Both the position numbers and the translations under genes were made by a program. Of a stretch of DNA of 64,000 nucleotides, positions 42,155 through 54,998 are shown piece by piece. Source of the stretch: Eukaryota sp. GEM-RC1. Taxonomy: Eukaryota. The first letter of the stretch is position 1. Every line of letters begins with the position of its first letter. The notes under the pieces are model-generated. The model did no database searches. It saw only the letters and a list, made by a program, of their open reading frames with translations, and was not told the origin of the DNA. The stretch spans positions 1-64,000 of the forward strand of contig JAUFOQ010000002.1 in the NCBI GenBank assembly GCA_040285855.1. The letters run 5' to 3'.

Positions 42155-44207
42155 TTACAATAAATCGAGTAAGTCATCATCTTCTTCAATCTTCAAAGTT
42201 CCAACTTCCTCCATTGTTTGTTCATCTTGATCGTAATCAGCTAAGAATGATTGACTTTCCTGTAATGAAATTTGACTGACTGGCAGGTCATCGGTAGAAA
42301 TCAGTAGAATACCTTCATTTTTCATTTGTCTGAAGAAATCTTTAAACAGAACAGAAGAGTGATTTGTTTTCAAATGTTTTAAAAATTCATTAAATTTTGA
42401 CACAACATCAGTATCTCCATTCTCAATAGAGCTCTTACGCATTGCAGTTAACAACCGTATTGCACGATTGAAATTACAAGTACCAATGGAATTAACCAGA
42501 AAATCGTCAACACGATCACAGCAGATTCCCAGCGCTTTCAAAAGAGATCAGAAGAATCCACAAACTTCTGCAGATCGCTTTCAGGATCATCAAAGAGATT
42601 TCAACACGTGTTTCATCTTCAACACGTGGCTTTTTGGACTTCTCAAACAACACTTCCTTGATGCTGTCACTCCACTTATTTCTTCTCTTAGACGTACCGG
42701 AATCCTCCTCAATTGACACTGGACATTCAGCGAAAAGCTTTTCAACTATAGGTTGAGCTTTGGAGAATAATGTAGAATTTGGTTGTAACAGCGAAACCAT
42801 ATCTAAATCAAACTCTGGCATTGCATCAAAATCAACATTCCCTAAAGCTCGTTCTCTAATAGCTGCATAGAGCATATTCAAAGAAGGATTGGGCACCTGG
42901 CCTGGTCTGTAATCATCATCATCTAACATCAACACATCAATCAAATCTGATACAATATCAACTGAAGCTCCAGATGTTTCTGGTAAGGGATCAAACTGCC
43001 ATGGTCTAATGTCCTCATTGTAAGGTAACTTATGTAACAAATAGTAACGATGACTACCTTCTCCCAAGGGTATAGCAGCAACCAAAGCCGGCATACTGTT
43101 GGCTCTTTTAACAATTCGTAGTAACATACACATTCTTGTTGCAATCATAGAAGCATGAAGGGCAGATGATGACGTGGCATCTCGATTGGTTTCCGGAATC
43201 ATGACGTCACACCCTTCCATAAATAGAAAACGTGAAATTTGGGCCTTTTTAACAAATCCAATCAATCGAACATTCTTCATTGCATTGTTGGCATTCCCTT
43301 TGATCTCACTCTGATTCTCTGCAGTAATTGCAACTGGAGTTGTACCATAGAAATATCCCTTGACCACACTATCTTCATCTAGAGGAAGAGACGGGTTCTT
43401 GGGATCAAAAGTAATGATATCACGTTTGATTTTGGTAAGGGAAGATTCGGGGACAATTCTAAATCCAGATTCGTCTTCAATAATTGACCGCTCAAAAGTG
43501 TCGACAGAAGTACTTGACCTTGATGGGAGTTTGAGCTCTTTAACACGTGAGAAGATTTTGATTCCGAGTGAATCTGCTCCTATATCAAGATTTCCTTTGT
43601 AGTCAACTCTAAAAGTCCACTTCTTTTGATACAATTTAAAAAAACCAATTGCTGACGTTATACTGTACACGCTCCCACCACAAGCTTCAGAAATTTTGGA
43701 AAAGAGTTCAAAAGTCGAGTCACTCTCAATTTCTTCCTTATCTTGAAGCGAAACATTAACAAAGTGACAGTCTACTGAAGAGCTGGTCATCCTATCACGT
43801 ATATCATCAAACTTATCCCTACAAACATCAGACTGAAAAGGAGAGATAAAGTACAAAGACTTTTCAGAGGCAGGGGTCCCTACAGTAGCCAGAAGATCAT
43901 CAGCAACAACAAGAGCGGAGAGAAGATCGACAGAGAAGTTTTCAGTATCAAAGGATTTTGCAGAGCGGATTGATGCAACGTTTAATGGAGCAAAAGGGTG
44001 AACTAGTGAGATGTTTTCATAGTCATCATATGCTTGAAGTTCATTATTTGTGTCCTCAGATCCAGCAAGAAACACTGCTACAAGTTCTTTGGGACGTGAA
44101 AGGACAATTTGAGACAAGACAAGTTGAGAAATAGTTCTAATAGCATCAATATATGGTTCACAGTGTTCAGAAAGGTCTATTACAACCACTGAGTAGTTTT
44201 TGGCCAT
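42155..44207 (-). CDS. XRCC5: Ku80
   Basis: vWA start VVVIDLS..GSEDTNN, core KGYFYG..LPYNEDIR..F, PNPSL, C-terminal EDDDLLDLL; two T-run indels near 42545-42595. Confidence 0.85.
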
Positions 44208-44659
44208 GTGAATGGAGTAGGATGGAGTAGGATGTTTTTGAATGGATTTCAGACTTGTGGTGTGCGTTTTAAACGAACATTCTGCCTCTAAAAAGTACAT
44301 AGTCACCGATGCTCTATATCATCTACTAGAATTACATTCTAATTGTTCTATTCAACAGTAGAACCGTGACGACTGAAAATGTTTTGGGCGAAAATCATTC
44401 CAACTACGCAAAGACACCCATACACTCTAATTATGAACACACTAGGTGTGCTCATTCAGACAATACATAATCAAAATCAACTAATTTTATTATACAGTGA
44501 AACCAAATCGTTAGCTGGAAGTACAATTGAGATCCTAAATTGATTGATTATATCTGAAAAACGAAGAAGCACGTACTCCTTGGAGCTTGACTTCTCGAGA
44601 CTTCTAACAATTCTTACTTCGACCGAAAAAATGAGACAGCTGAATAAAAACAACGATAT

Positions 44660-47095
44660 TTACACAAAAACTAAAACAAAACTAATTAAAAGGCCCAAAA
44701 TCAAAGTGACACGAGGTGCTGGTAACATGAAACCGGAAGGCGGTATCTCCTTAAATTGAGCAGTAAAAGTCAAATGCTGATACACCAGTTCTTCCACCCG
44801 TTCCAAGGCAATATTACCATCAGACCATTCAACAAAATCAAACCCCTTCTCAGCAACAGCTTTCACTTTGGAAGTTTTACCCAACAAATCAACCTTCTGC
44901 TTAGTTTCTCCTGAGACTGAGCCACCAGAAGTAGCTTTGTATTCTACATGAAGAATGGGAGGAGCAAAATACCCAATAACAGAGAGATCTTTTGTAACAT
45001 TCTTAAAACTAAGATTGGTTTTTGTGGAATGATTTAAACCATTAACCTGCCAGAAAACAAAGAACTTATCTTGATCTGCTGTAGCCAGAACTTCCTCGGA
45101 ATCATCTCCATGAGTGATGAATTGAGAGACGTTTCCACTAACAATTCCTGGTCCAACCCCACGTGTATCCACAGAATAAGTTTTTAATTGAAAGAAAGCT
45201 TCAGCTGTGGTGTTTCCCTGTACATTCTTTATAACAAGAGGATCTGAGGTCAATACGTCAGTACCGTTAATCAGCCAATAAGACAGTTCATAACCAAACA
45301 CGGGATTGACATGTATCTCATTGCTATCAGAATTGATTGCCACTAATTGAACAGGATCTGATTGAAGACTTCCGTGAGCAGTGTCGTTTACAGTCAAAAA
45401 CACATAGACTGCAGGGAAAACTTGCAAGTTATCAACATACAAACAATCACATCCCACAATGGAATTTGAAAATTTAAAATACGCTATTGCGATTACACTT
45501 TCTGCATCTGGAACTTGAAGTTGCATTTTCAGCCAATCAACCCGCCCAGTAATTGCAGCAATCACATCATCATTTAGATAAAGTTTTCCAAAATTCTCAT
45601 TCTCGTCACTTTCAAGCTTCCAATCAAATTTGACAACTGATGGACCATCAATGAATAGATAAAGAGCTGAAAATCGATCATCAGCAGTTATAAATCCAGA
45701 TCGAGCGGAAAACACGCCAGTAACACGTTCAGCAGAAGTTCCAAACCAATGCCCTACAGTTGTTGAGCTTAGGACACAGTTACTAAGCTGACAATCAAAA
45801 TTGATTGATGATTTGACCCCACTGCGATACCTAGCTACAATAGGGATTGTTCTCCCCAACGACCTCACTGCATCTCCTTCTTCTTCATCACCCACAGGCA
45901 CTCCTTCGTAAGTCAACTGAGGGTTAGAGAAAACAGGAACTCCAGTACTAGTTCTACCATTGGGGAAGTAAGAACCCTGTGAATAGCTCATGATTGAGTT
46001 ATACCAATTACTGCCACTAGTTTTCCACCTCCACCCAGCACTGTAAGAAAAGATTCCTGGTCCTGGTTGGAAATTCTGTTCAATGGAATGACCAAGACCT
46101 AGATTATGACCAAGCTCATGAGTGAAAACATCAGTACGAGTAGCATACTGCACGGAAGTTACAGAGAAAGAAAAGAAAGGAAACCCTCGAGTTGAAGTCA
46201 AAAGCCAAGCTACACCAGCAGAACTACTAGTAGTATCATGAGTCCAAAGAGCAACTAGATCAGCAGAGTATCTGGATCTTGCATCATGAACTTCTTCCAT
46301 AAAATAACCACCACTTTGAGCTTCCCAACCAAAGGGATCGTAAGCTCTGTGGAAAGTGACTCGTTCAAGGTCAGTAATCATGTTTCCTGATTCAGAATAG
46401 GTAACTTCTTGATGGTGGACAAGGTTAACACTCCCAGAAACACCACTGTCTTCCAGAGAATCCATGGTGTTAGAAACAGATATTGCGAGAATGTTGTTCA
46501 AGCCTCCATTGTTGTTGGCCCATGTTCTAGCAGCAGGAGTGTAAACAATAAGAAGATCTATGGTACGTTGAGAGTTTTGAGAGGAGTGATGTTCAGGTAA
46601 AGAAGAAGAAAACAAATCTCTATCTTTATTTGAACCAGGAGGTGAAAGAGTTTCACAAGAGCGTTTCTGTAATGATGATTGGTGCTTGGTAATTAGATAA
46701 TAAGAAGTGTCAGGAACTGATTTTACAATGAATGACTGGTCTAATTCAGGAATAGAACACGTTAAAAGAACAGTGTTGTTACAGTATGACATTGTGAATG
46801 AAGAAAGTGGAAGGTTATCAATGGAACCACGAACTGTTGTTGTACCAGGGATTGGACTCGACACTCGTCGCACAGTTGATGAATAAGATTCGGAAGGGAA
46901 GAAATTCATTGAGAGATGAGATGAAATCGCTGGAGGATGATGCAGAGTGTGTTCGGATAGGAGCGCGTAAGAGAACTTAACAAGAGATTCATCATGCTCT
47001 TGAAAATGAAGAGAGAGCGGGATGTTATCAACGTGATGTTCTACTAAATGCAATGCACGGCAGACAATGAACAGAAGGAGGAGGTACTTAAACAT
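44660..47095 (-). CDS. Surface-anchored M12B/reprolysin-like zinc metallopeptidase with bacterial-type C-terminal repeats
   Basis: Signal peptide, IDLLIVYT, HELGHNLGLGH, Met-turn SIMSY, G..F..W repeats, C-terminal TM. Confidence 0.85.
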   Translation of the reverse strand: MFKYLLLLFIVCRALHLVEHHVDNIPLSLHFQEHDESLVKFSYALLSEHTLHHPPAISSHLSMNFFPSESYSSTVRRVSSPIPGTTTVRGSIDNLPLSSFTMSYCNNTVLLTCSIPELDQSFIVKSVPDTSYYLITKHQSSLQKRSCETLSPPGSNKDRDLFSSSLPEHHSSQNSQRTIDLLIVYTPAARTWANNNGGLNNILAISVSNTMDSLEDSGVSGSVNLVHHQEVTYSESGNMITDLERVTFHRAYDPFGWEAQSGGYFMEEVHDARSRYSADLVALWTHDTTSSSAGVAWLLTSTRGFPFFSFSVTSVQYATRTDVFTHELGHNLGLGHSIEQNFQPGPGIFSYSAGWRWKTSGSNWYNSIMSYSQGSYFPNGRTSTGVPVFSNPQLTYEGVPVGDEEEGDAVRSLGRTIPIVARYRSGVKSSINFDCQLSNCVLSSTTVGHWFGTSAERVTGVFSARSGFITADDRFSALYLFIDGPSVVKFDWKLESDENENFGKLYLNDDVIAAITGRVDWLKMQLQVPDAESVIAIAYFKFSNSIVGCDCLYVDNLQVFPAVYVFLTVNDTAHGSLQSDPVQLVAINSDSNEIHVNPVFGYELSYWLINGTDVLTSDPLVIKNVQGNTTAEAFFQLKTYSVDTRGVGPGIVSGNVSQFITHGDDSEEVLATADQDKFFVFWQVNGLNHSTKTNLSFKNVTKDLSVIGYFAPPILHVEYKATSGGSVSGETKQKVDLLGKTSKVKAVAEKGFDFVEWSDGNIALERVEELVYQHLTFTAQFKEIPPSGFMLPAPRVTLILGLLISFVLVFV

Positions 47096-47714
47096 TGAAG
47101 AGAAAGATATGTCACACAATATATTTTTGGAAACTCGGAATCTAAAACATTAGAATATATATGGACAAATAGACACGTATTTGGGAAACAGTAGCTTCTA
47201 CTCTCTGTGAGTTGTAAACAGGTTGTAAACTTGAAAAACTTTGATCGAGAGGTGGGAGATTCCTAATGTTTTGTGAATATCGATACTACCTACATAGAGT
47301 GTATTGTAGTACCATTTTGTCCACTACAAAGTGTTTTGTGTCCATTCTTTGGCTCTATGGAATTAAAGAAGAAGTGGGGGAAAGTGTTTCTTGTTGTCAT
47401 TCGGCAAACAATATGATATTGTCTCAAACTTTGCATCAAGATAGACGGACACTAATCCCTGCTAGACTCAAAAATAGACTTCTACAGCGATGATATTGGG
47501 GATCATACACCTTAATTACGGAACATAAAAGGATCATAAACTTGGATTTACGTAAGTTCTGGACAACATTTAGTTTTGAATCAACTGATTTTGACTACAG
47601 TACTACATGTACATGTAGTAGGAAGATTTAACACAAAGAAGTTCACTTGTTAAATTATGCTACCTGACCAATTTAGATACCATTTTGTTCTCTCTTTGAT
47701 TTTCTTATTCATTG

Positions 47715-47915
47715 ATGACGTATTCGGTCTCTTGTACAATTTCTGTAGGCTCAGAAACTAAACTGTTCACAGCCACATCCAAACTTCCTTCAGAATCGTT
47801 GCAAGCCATTCACGATGAAACGAACAACTACTTAAACAACCTTTATCACAAAGAAACACTCTCTGAAACAGGCAAATCATCGTCACCTGACCACAAGCGA
47901 CCAAAACCAGAATAA
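47715..47915 (+). CDS. Small protein, Gon7 (KEOPS subunit)-like candidate
   Basis: N-terminal beta-hairpin pattern, helix LQAIHDETNNYL, KRPK tail. Confidence 0.35.
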   Translation: MTYSVSCTISVGSETKLFTATSKLPSESLQAIHDETNNYLNNLYHKETLSETGKSSSPDHKRPKPE

Positions 47916-48284
47916 CTGGTTCTTTCGCTCTCAGTTAGAGTCTGGAATACTGTACCTCTTCTCAGAAGTCCTGTTCCGATTCAATACACTTCCAGTACTG
48001 ATGGTTGTAATAAATTTTCTTAAATTAGAACACATTTTTTCTAGTATGAGCACGTTTAGCGATTCTTTGTGGTGTATACAGCACAAATAACAATGGAATT
48101 GACAGATCCTTTATTACAAATTCTATTTTGAAGAACAATTTCGCTTCCAAGAAAAGAAATGACATGATAGGCTGTTGAACATGTAGACATATTGAGCAGA
48201 TCTGATAGAACTCCCACGCAAATGTACAAGGTGGTGAGGGGGGAGCAATGTGAGAGGAATTCTTCTTTTCTCAACTTCATCATC

Positions 48285-48698
48285 ATGTTGGTTTCCAAGA
48301 AGAACAGACTTTTGGTGTACCGTTATTTGTTCCAGGGTTTGTTTTGTTTCCTTTGATCACTCCCATCGTTAGTTCTTACTGTAGAAGGTGTTTTGGTCGC
48401 CAAGAAGGAACACACTTTGGCTAAGAATCATCCCCACATCGAAGTCCCCAACCTCGAGGTTATCATGCTCATGAAGTCCTTGATTTCCCGCAATTTTGTT
48501 CGCAACCAATTCTCTTGGCAATGGAACTACTATTTCCTCACCGATGAGGGAATTAACTACCTCAGAGAATACTTACATATCCCTGAAGACGTTTTCCCCA
48601 AGACTCTCATGAGGGAACAACGTCCGGCCAGAGAACCAAGAGAAGGAGGCAGAGAAGGCGGTAGATTCCGTCCTCGTGCTCCTCGTGATTTCTCATAA
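48285..48698 (+). CDS. RPS10: 40S ribosomal protein S10 (eS10)
   Basis: MLVSKKNR..YRYLFQ|EGVLVAKK (48-nt intron 48337-48384), VPNLEV, QFSWQWNYYFLTDEGINYLREYLH. Confidence 0.97.
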
Positions 48699-49070
48699 TA
48701 GATCCTGAAATACAGTGGTGTTGATTCGTCTTAATCCTCTTTCAATATCAAGTACTTTGTTAGAGAGGCCTAGCTCCGATAAATAAAATAGTCTCGTTGA
48801 CTTCTGAATGGTATAGTTATCGTTGCAAATTACCACTTTTGCAATCGAACCTGTTCGTCTAAGCATTCACTCCAGGATGTTTCTGCACACAGACACGATA
48901 GTATATTAGATGATGAATAATCAATTTATCTTTCCCATATCAACAACCATTAGACGTACCCGTTTACCAAAAAAATGATCATTTACTTATAGCAGTTATA
49001 ACAATGAATAAATCGTGTGATTTGTCAGGTTTTGAACACAGTCTATATCAAATTCAAAGGTTATTCGACA

Positions 49071-49242
49071 TTTTTACTATTGTAAAACCATTTCCTCTAA
49101 TCATCTCCAAAGCTTTATAAGCCGTGGGTTCCTTTTATGAGGACAAAGCTGCTATTAAATCTTATAACGGGTGTTGTTTTAATGATCTCAAATTTTAGTT
49201 GTTTAGTTATTACATTTAGAATATATAGTTATGTTCAAAAAA
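49071..49242 (+). mobile_element. 3' fragment of retroelement family A
   Basis: Similar to 8416..8595, ends in an A-run. Confidence 0.7.
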
Positions 49243-50290
49243 ATATGCACTGTGGGAAGGTGTCTTTGGACACTGTAAGTCGAGTTTGATGGATCAACGC
49301 AGGCAAAAGTAATCAATGTGGTCAGCAGATTCTGCACCCTTGGAGTAAGGTATATATATGTATATTACCAAAGTTGTCATCAAAATGTACTTGCTTGTAC
49401 AAAAGTAGTGATCAAAACGGTATAAGAAACGGATTTATGTGCGGAGAAAAACACACAACAAGTACACAACAAATAAATAAACACTATTAAAACAGAAAGT
49501 AGTGATCAAAACGGTTGTTCAATACTAGTTTGAATGTGCTTGTTATGAAAAAACAGTGTGTATATTTGGTATTGGTGTGAAACCACTTCTCCACGATGTT
49601 TAGTCGAAAACTACACTGAATAGAGAAACATAAACAGAATGTACGCTGTATTTTGTTCACTCTTGATGGAGTATTTTCGAAGAATCCCAGTTCGCATGAC
49701 TCGAGATGATGTGGCAAATTTAACTTGTACCGCTTTCTTATAGAACAAAAACAGTAAGATAAATACAAAAACTAGAACTCAATACCTTTAAAGCAACATT
49801 CATTGCCATTAAAACTCACATGAGCTTTTTTTCTTCATAAAAAAAAATTCTGAGAGCAAATACACAGTACTAGTAACTACGTTTGAGATTTCAGGACATA
49901 ATTAGTCTCACTTCATCAATTCTGAAAGTGTCAAGGACAAAGTTAGTCTCACTGAGACTAATTACCGCTGATGGTGTAGTTTTCCAATATAGTTTTCAAG
50001 AACAAATCTTGTTAACTACTCGTTCACAAATGTCAAATTATTGTGAATATTATAGAACTTTATAATATGAAACGATGATACCATAATTGCACAGACCGTA
50101 TTCAGCGTGGTGAAAAATAGGTGAAAAATAGGAAATTAAATTAGCGTATCCAACATAGAAGCATCATTGAGATATTTCTTCTCCTAACTTATTCCGTTTC
50201 GACTATTTATATGTATTTCGTCACTGTCAGTAAGTTAATCTGTGCAACAGCAGTATAGGGTGGCAGTATACTAGAGGTTTTAGAGTATGT

Positions 50291-51001
50291 CAGTGATGTG
50301 TAAAAATAGTAGACGAAAATTCAGTACATTTTCAACTTTGCTGTAAATAATTTCCTTATTTTAACAGTTGCCGTATTTTACGGCAAGTTTGAAACGAAGT
50401 GAGAATACGCGAAATACGCAAAATTATTTTTATAATTGAAACTACAAAAACTAAGAGCAAATAGAGATCAAAACCATGACCCATGACTAATCAGAATCGG
50501 TATGTTAATATTCTTCTGAATGACCTGCATGTAGAACCGTTCCAACAGTGTCCAGTAGTTTCTAAGTAAAAATGAAAAAGTTGACTTCCTAAAAGTATCC
50601 ACTTCAAACGAGGACGATCATCAACATAGTACGGTTTTTGAAGTTGTCTTAGCAGGATTTTCACATTTGATTAATAAAAACAATATGGTTGTACCAGCTT
50701 CTAAGTATTTCTGCTCTTGTCATGTATCCGACCCAGTCAATTATCTTCTTTCAAGTAGTAATGTAACAGAGAATGGCTCAGCTGTTACAGAACTCATGAA
50801 AATGATCAAGAACGCTTTGATATTTCGATTGTTGGGTTATGCAAAAGAGTATTTTATATTCTTACTACGGTAACATTTGCAGTAAATAATTTACGTATTT
50901 TTCAGTTACCGTATTTTACGGATACCGAGTATAGTAATTTACCGTAATTTACGGTAGTGTACGGCAAATAGTGTACGGTACGCTATTTTTGTACATCATT
51001 A
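50291..51001. mobile_element. hAT-type MITE
   Basis: TIR YARTGATGTRYAAAAATAG; 8-bp TSD GAGTATGT; CCGTATTTTACGG subterminal palindromes. Confidence 0.8.
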
Positions 51002-51666
51002 GAGTATGTTGAATAGAAACAACCCGCTTCTATTTCCCTTTACAATTTAAAAATCGGTTTTAATAAGGTCGGTACAAAAACCTCAACATCATATCATTTT
51101 TCATATTTCGTTCCAAGAAGACGGTTAAGAATCGAGTTAAAATATCTACTCTGCTGTAAAAAGTGAAAATGACAACATTGCTCGCTGATGGCTTTCATTG
51201 ATATTTCTTACCATACGAATGTAAGCAATTGTCCAGAAGCTGAAAGAAATTGTTGTCCAAAAATGCCAAACTTTCCGTACGGATATACACAACAAAGGAT
51301 GGTAGACATACAGAGTATGTCTACGAGAATTCTTATTTGAAACTAATTCAGTTTATTGAACAATTTTCTTTCGGAAGCGGAGAAATATTCGTCTAAAAGT
51401 GTGTTAATCGAAGTGGAGTTTGGAAGAACTGTTTAGAGTAAAGAATGGTTTTTTCTAAGAGAACAATCAAAAACCAATCAAGTTCCTTCCACTCTTGTCT
51501 TTCGTAATTGATTCAGACAAAGTACACAAAAATGCTTCGAGTCCCCCGCGAAAACTACTTTTGAGGAAGAGCCAAAGTATTGAGTTTATGTCGGAAATTG
51601 TGTTAGATAACTAGATCCAAACATTAAAAGAAGCAGACTCAAGTGATTGATTTTTAGAAATTGTAT

Positions 51667-53332
51667 TTATTTTTCCTCAAAGCACTGAATAATTAGAAAC
51701 AGACAAAACAAATGAATTGGAGCATAATGTTCTTTTCCAATTCCAGAAGAAACAGGAAAAACCGAAACTAAAACTAAACAAATTAAAAGTGCAAGTGACA
51801 AATCATTGTTCTGGATGTTCAAATGATACTTTCCTTTTCCAGCACAAATCAATCCCAAACAAAAAGAAGAAATAATCCACGAATCTGGTGATTGGGAAAC
51901 TGATTGATACTTTAGGATCAATGACGTGACCAAAGTCGAACAACTTCCAGAATGTAATAAGGAAAGGCCCAAAACTAAAGAGTTCAAAATAAACGTAGGT
52001 AGCACACTGAAATTAACCAGTGCAATCTTGAAAAATTGAAGGCAATGTTCAATCAATTGTGATTGGTCACTTGTCTCGTCATCCTGAAAGGCAATAGCAC
52101 AACCTAAAAGAGTTCCAGCAATTTGAGCAAGGACACATTTTGAAAAATAATCGGATATTTGAAAATCATCAACAATATGATCCCTACTTTTAAACTCTTC
52201 AATCAAACAAATAGACTTTGCAGGACTAATTAAACAAGAACTGAATGATCGTACAAACAACACTGCAAGTGAAGGAAAAGAGTCCATTTGATTGAAGGTC
52301 AAATCAGGATTAATAACTCTACAGATTTCCAAGGAATTTGATCTGTAGTAAATCAATCCAAGGCCAATGACGCCAATGATTGATTGAAAGGGATCACGGT
52401 CATCAAGTAAAGAATATAACAGAGTTTTAAGATGAAACGGACATGATTTAGGTTGTTTAAAAAATGGAAGTGACAAAGACAGAGCAAACGAAAGGAAAAT
52501 GGAAGGTAACGATGGGTTAAAAACCCCATCAACAGTAGAGAAATTTTTAAATAGTCTAATTTGTTGAAAAACATCTGTTAAAAAGGCTATACATCCAAAG
52601 TTCTTAGAATTAGTGTAAAGTAAACCATAACAAAGCACTGAAACCAGAAAAGATCTGAGTCTGTGGAATTTTTAGAAGACTTTTCTCCACTAACGAAATC
52701 AATCAAATTTGATTGAAGAAATGACGTCAGCACTTGATTACCACTACCAATGTTTGATGCTGTAACTCCTAACAAAGCTCCCACAGATCCTAAATTCTTC
52801 TTTGATAATGTGTACTTAATGTCAAGGTAATTAATGTTGGACAATTGCTTCAACAGACCGGCAGCAAACAAATATCCCCCAGCAGCAGATGGATCCTGGG
52901 GAAGGCGAGAAAGAACTTTGGCTCGTGGGAAGAATGGTTGAGAGTTCTTAGTAGAAGTTGATATAGAAAAAGAAGGAGAATGAGGAGAAGATATGATTGA
53001 GAGGTAATGAGAGAGGGTGGAAGTGAATGAGAGATAGTTTTTAACATGATCCTGTAATTCCTCGATTGAGTCAGGTAGGGTAACTGGAATGTCATTGACC
53101 AGAGCTCCATACTGAGGTTCAAGTGGAGAGCATGAAAAGAAGAATCAGATGTACTCAGTGAGAAGATGGCTCGTCCAAAAGGAAGTGACACTAGTCGTCT
53201 GACAGAATATCTCAGACAGTCTTCTCTGCTAGTGGAACTGAGTTGACCAAAAACAAATGAAAATGAAGAAAGTTGAGGGAGCTTGGAATAATCGAGACAT
53301 TCATCAACCTTGTGGACAGTTTGTGAAAACAT
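51667..53332 (-). CDS. ANAPC1: Anaphase-promoting complex subunit 1 (PC-repeat region, N-terminally short; 3' end uncertain)
   Basis: SLPFGRAIFSL, SVGALLGVTAS, GLGLIYYRSNS, IAGTLLG, GLICAGKGKY; several indels; may extend below 51667. Confidence 0.7.
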
Positions 53333-53433
53333 CCAGTAGTTTACAGATAAAACAAGGTGCTGACTTAGAAGGGAAAGGAGGAAACAAACAAAGCAAAGAA
53401 CAAGAAAACGAAACTCCACTCACCTACCTCTAG

Positions 53434-53759
53434 ACCAATTGAATGTTGACAGGTACAATTCTTTTGTGTTTCAACCTTTTGCGATGTCGATATATGGTAA
53501 TATTGGACCAGCTGCACAAGGTTTTTTAACCTCCATTGGTAAATTGTGTTCTGAGTACGGTAAAGTTTTCAATGAAAATTTTTGGTTGAGTAGGTTAACG
53601 TTTGCGTTGTTTCGTTCAATGCATAGATATTTTAATTTAATTTTAGTTAAGTTGTTCGGCGATGGACAGAAGGATCATAGTTTAGATGCTTTAGTTAGTG
53701 TCTGTTAGTTATTAATTTCTGCATTTATTTCACTGATTGATCATAAACCCCGTTTCTTT
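53434..53759 (+). mobile_element. 3' fragment of retroelement family B
   Basis: Near-identical to the C-terminal 90 aa and 3' UTR of the 19570..21581 element. Confidence 0.9.
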
Positions 53760-54998
53760 ACAAGTACACGAATGTACGACACACTATGTCGGTAGTTGTA
53801 AGTTGGTGGTCAAACCTTTTCGCACAGATACATTCTAGAGTAATCTTTTCAAAAAAGCTACACGATACTCACGATAAGACATACGATTAAATTATCGGTA
53901 TTTTGTTTCAGAACAATACTTGGAAAAATTCAAATACATTGTACTGTATGTTTTTGAAATTTTAAATCTATTTGTACTCGAGAAATACCGTATCTTTTGT
54001 GTTATTATTGACCGAAATAGTGCTGTATGTTTCGAACTTTCATGGATGAAATTGTACTAGAGTAATCATTTGAAGAAGTGTTGATCTTATCTCGTTAATT
54101 ATATACCACTAGCAGTAGTTCATTCAATGAACTTCATTGGCTGTAATTTAACATTAAGATCGACACTGAATTTGTTACTCAACAAATGTTGTGCACTTTT
54201 GTTGTAATATCGTAACGATGGCTATTACTTGACATGTGAAACTGTTGGAAACTGTGTGATAACGAACCATGGTCAACTACGAAAAATTGAATACAAACTT
54301 CATTTAGTCTTCATTTTTAGTATGCAAAAGCATACTGTACCTAGATAATACACTATCAAGAGAAAACTTTATTCGGTACCCAAAATGGTAACCTTCCTAC
54401 AGAACTATGAAATTGTAAAAAAACACAAATAATACTAAGATAAAATCCAAACGACTTCATCACCACTCGGTAAAAGATTACGTTTATCAACATTAACCTT
54501 CACACCAAATCCAAAAAGAGAAACAGCAAAAGGTTGAAACACAAATTTGGAATATGAGTTTCTATTTTATTCTTCTACTTGAGAGTCATACTAAAAAAAC
54601 TATCATGTATTATTAACATTTCTGTACTTAAATACTTTATTTCTTTATGGATAAGTTATTGAACTTCATCTTTATCTTGCGAGAGTACTAGTACCTATTT
54701 TGGATGTACTGTAGTTCTTTCATGAGTTGTATTCGTATTTGTATTAATACATAGGTATGAAGTTGTATTTCCCATCTATCGATATGTGTTTGAGAGCTGT
54801 AAAGGGCGCAACGTATTTGTTCCTGTTAAATTATTCTGATAAATCAAGGGAGAAACTTCATTTTTGTCATCTTTGAACGCACTTTTTGACAAACATCAAC
54901 TAAAAATCAAATCAAAAACCGAGTATGTTCAAAACAGACAACATGTGCATTTATTTCAAAAGTATTCAACAGCAAAAATATGATCAATAAATGATGAC

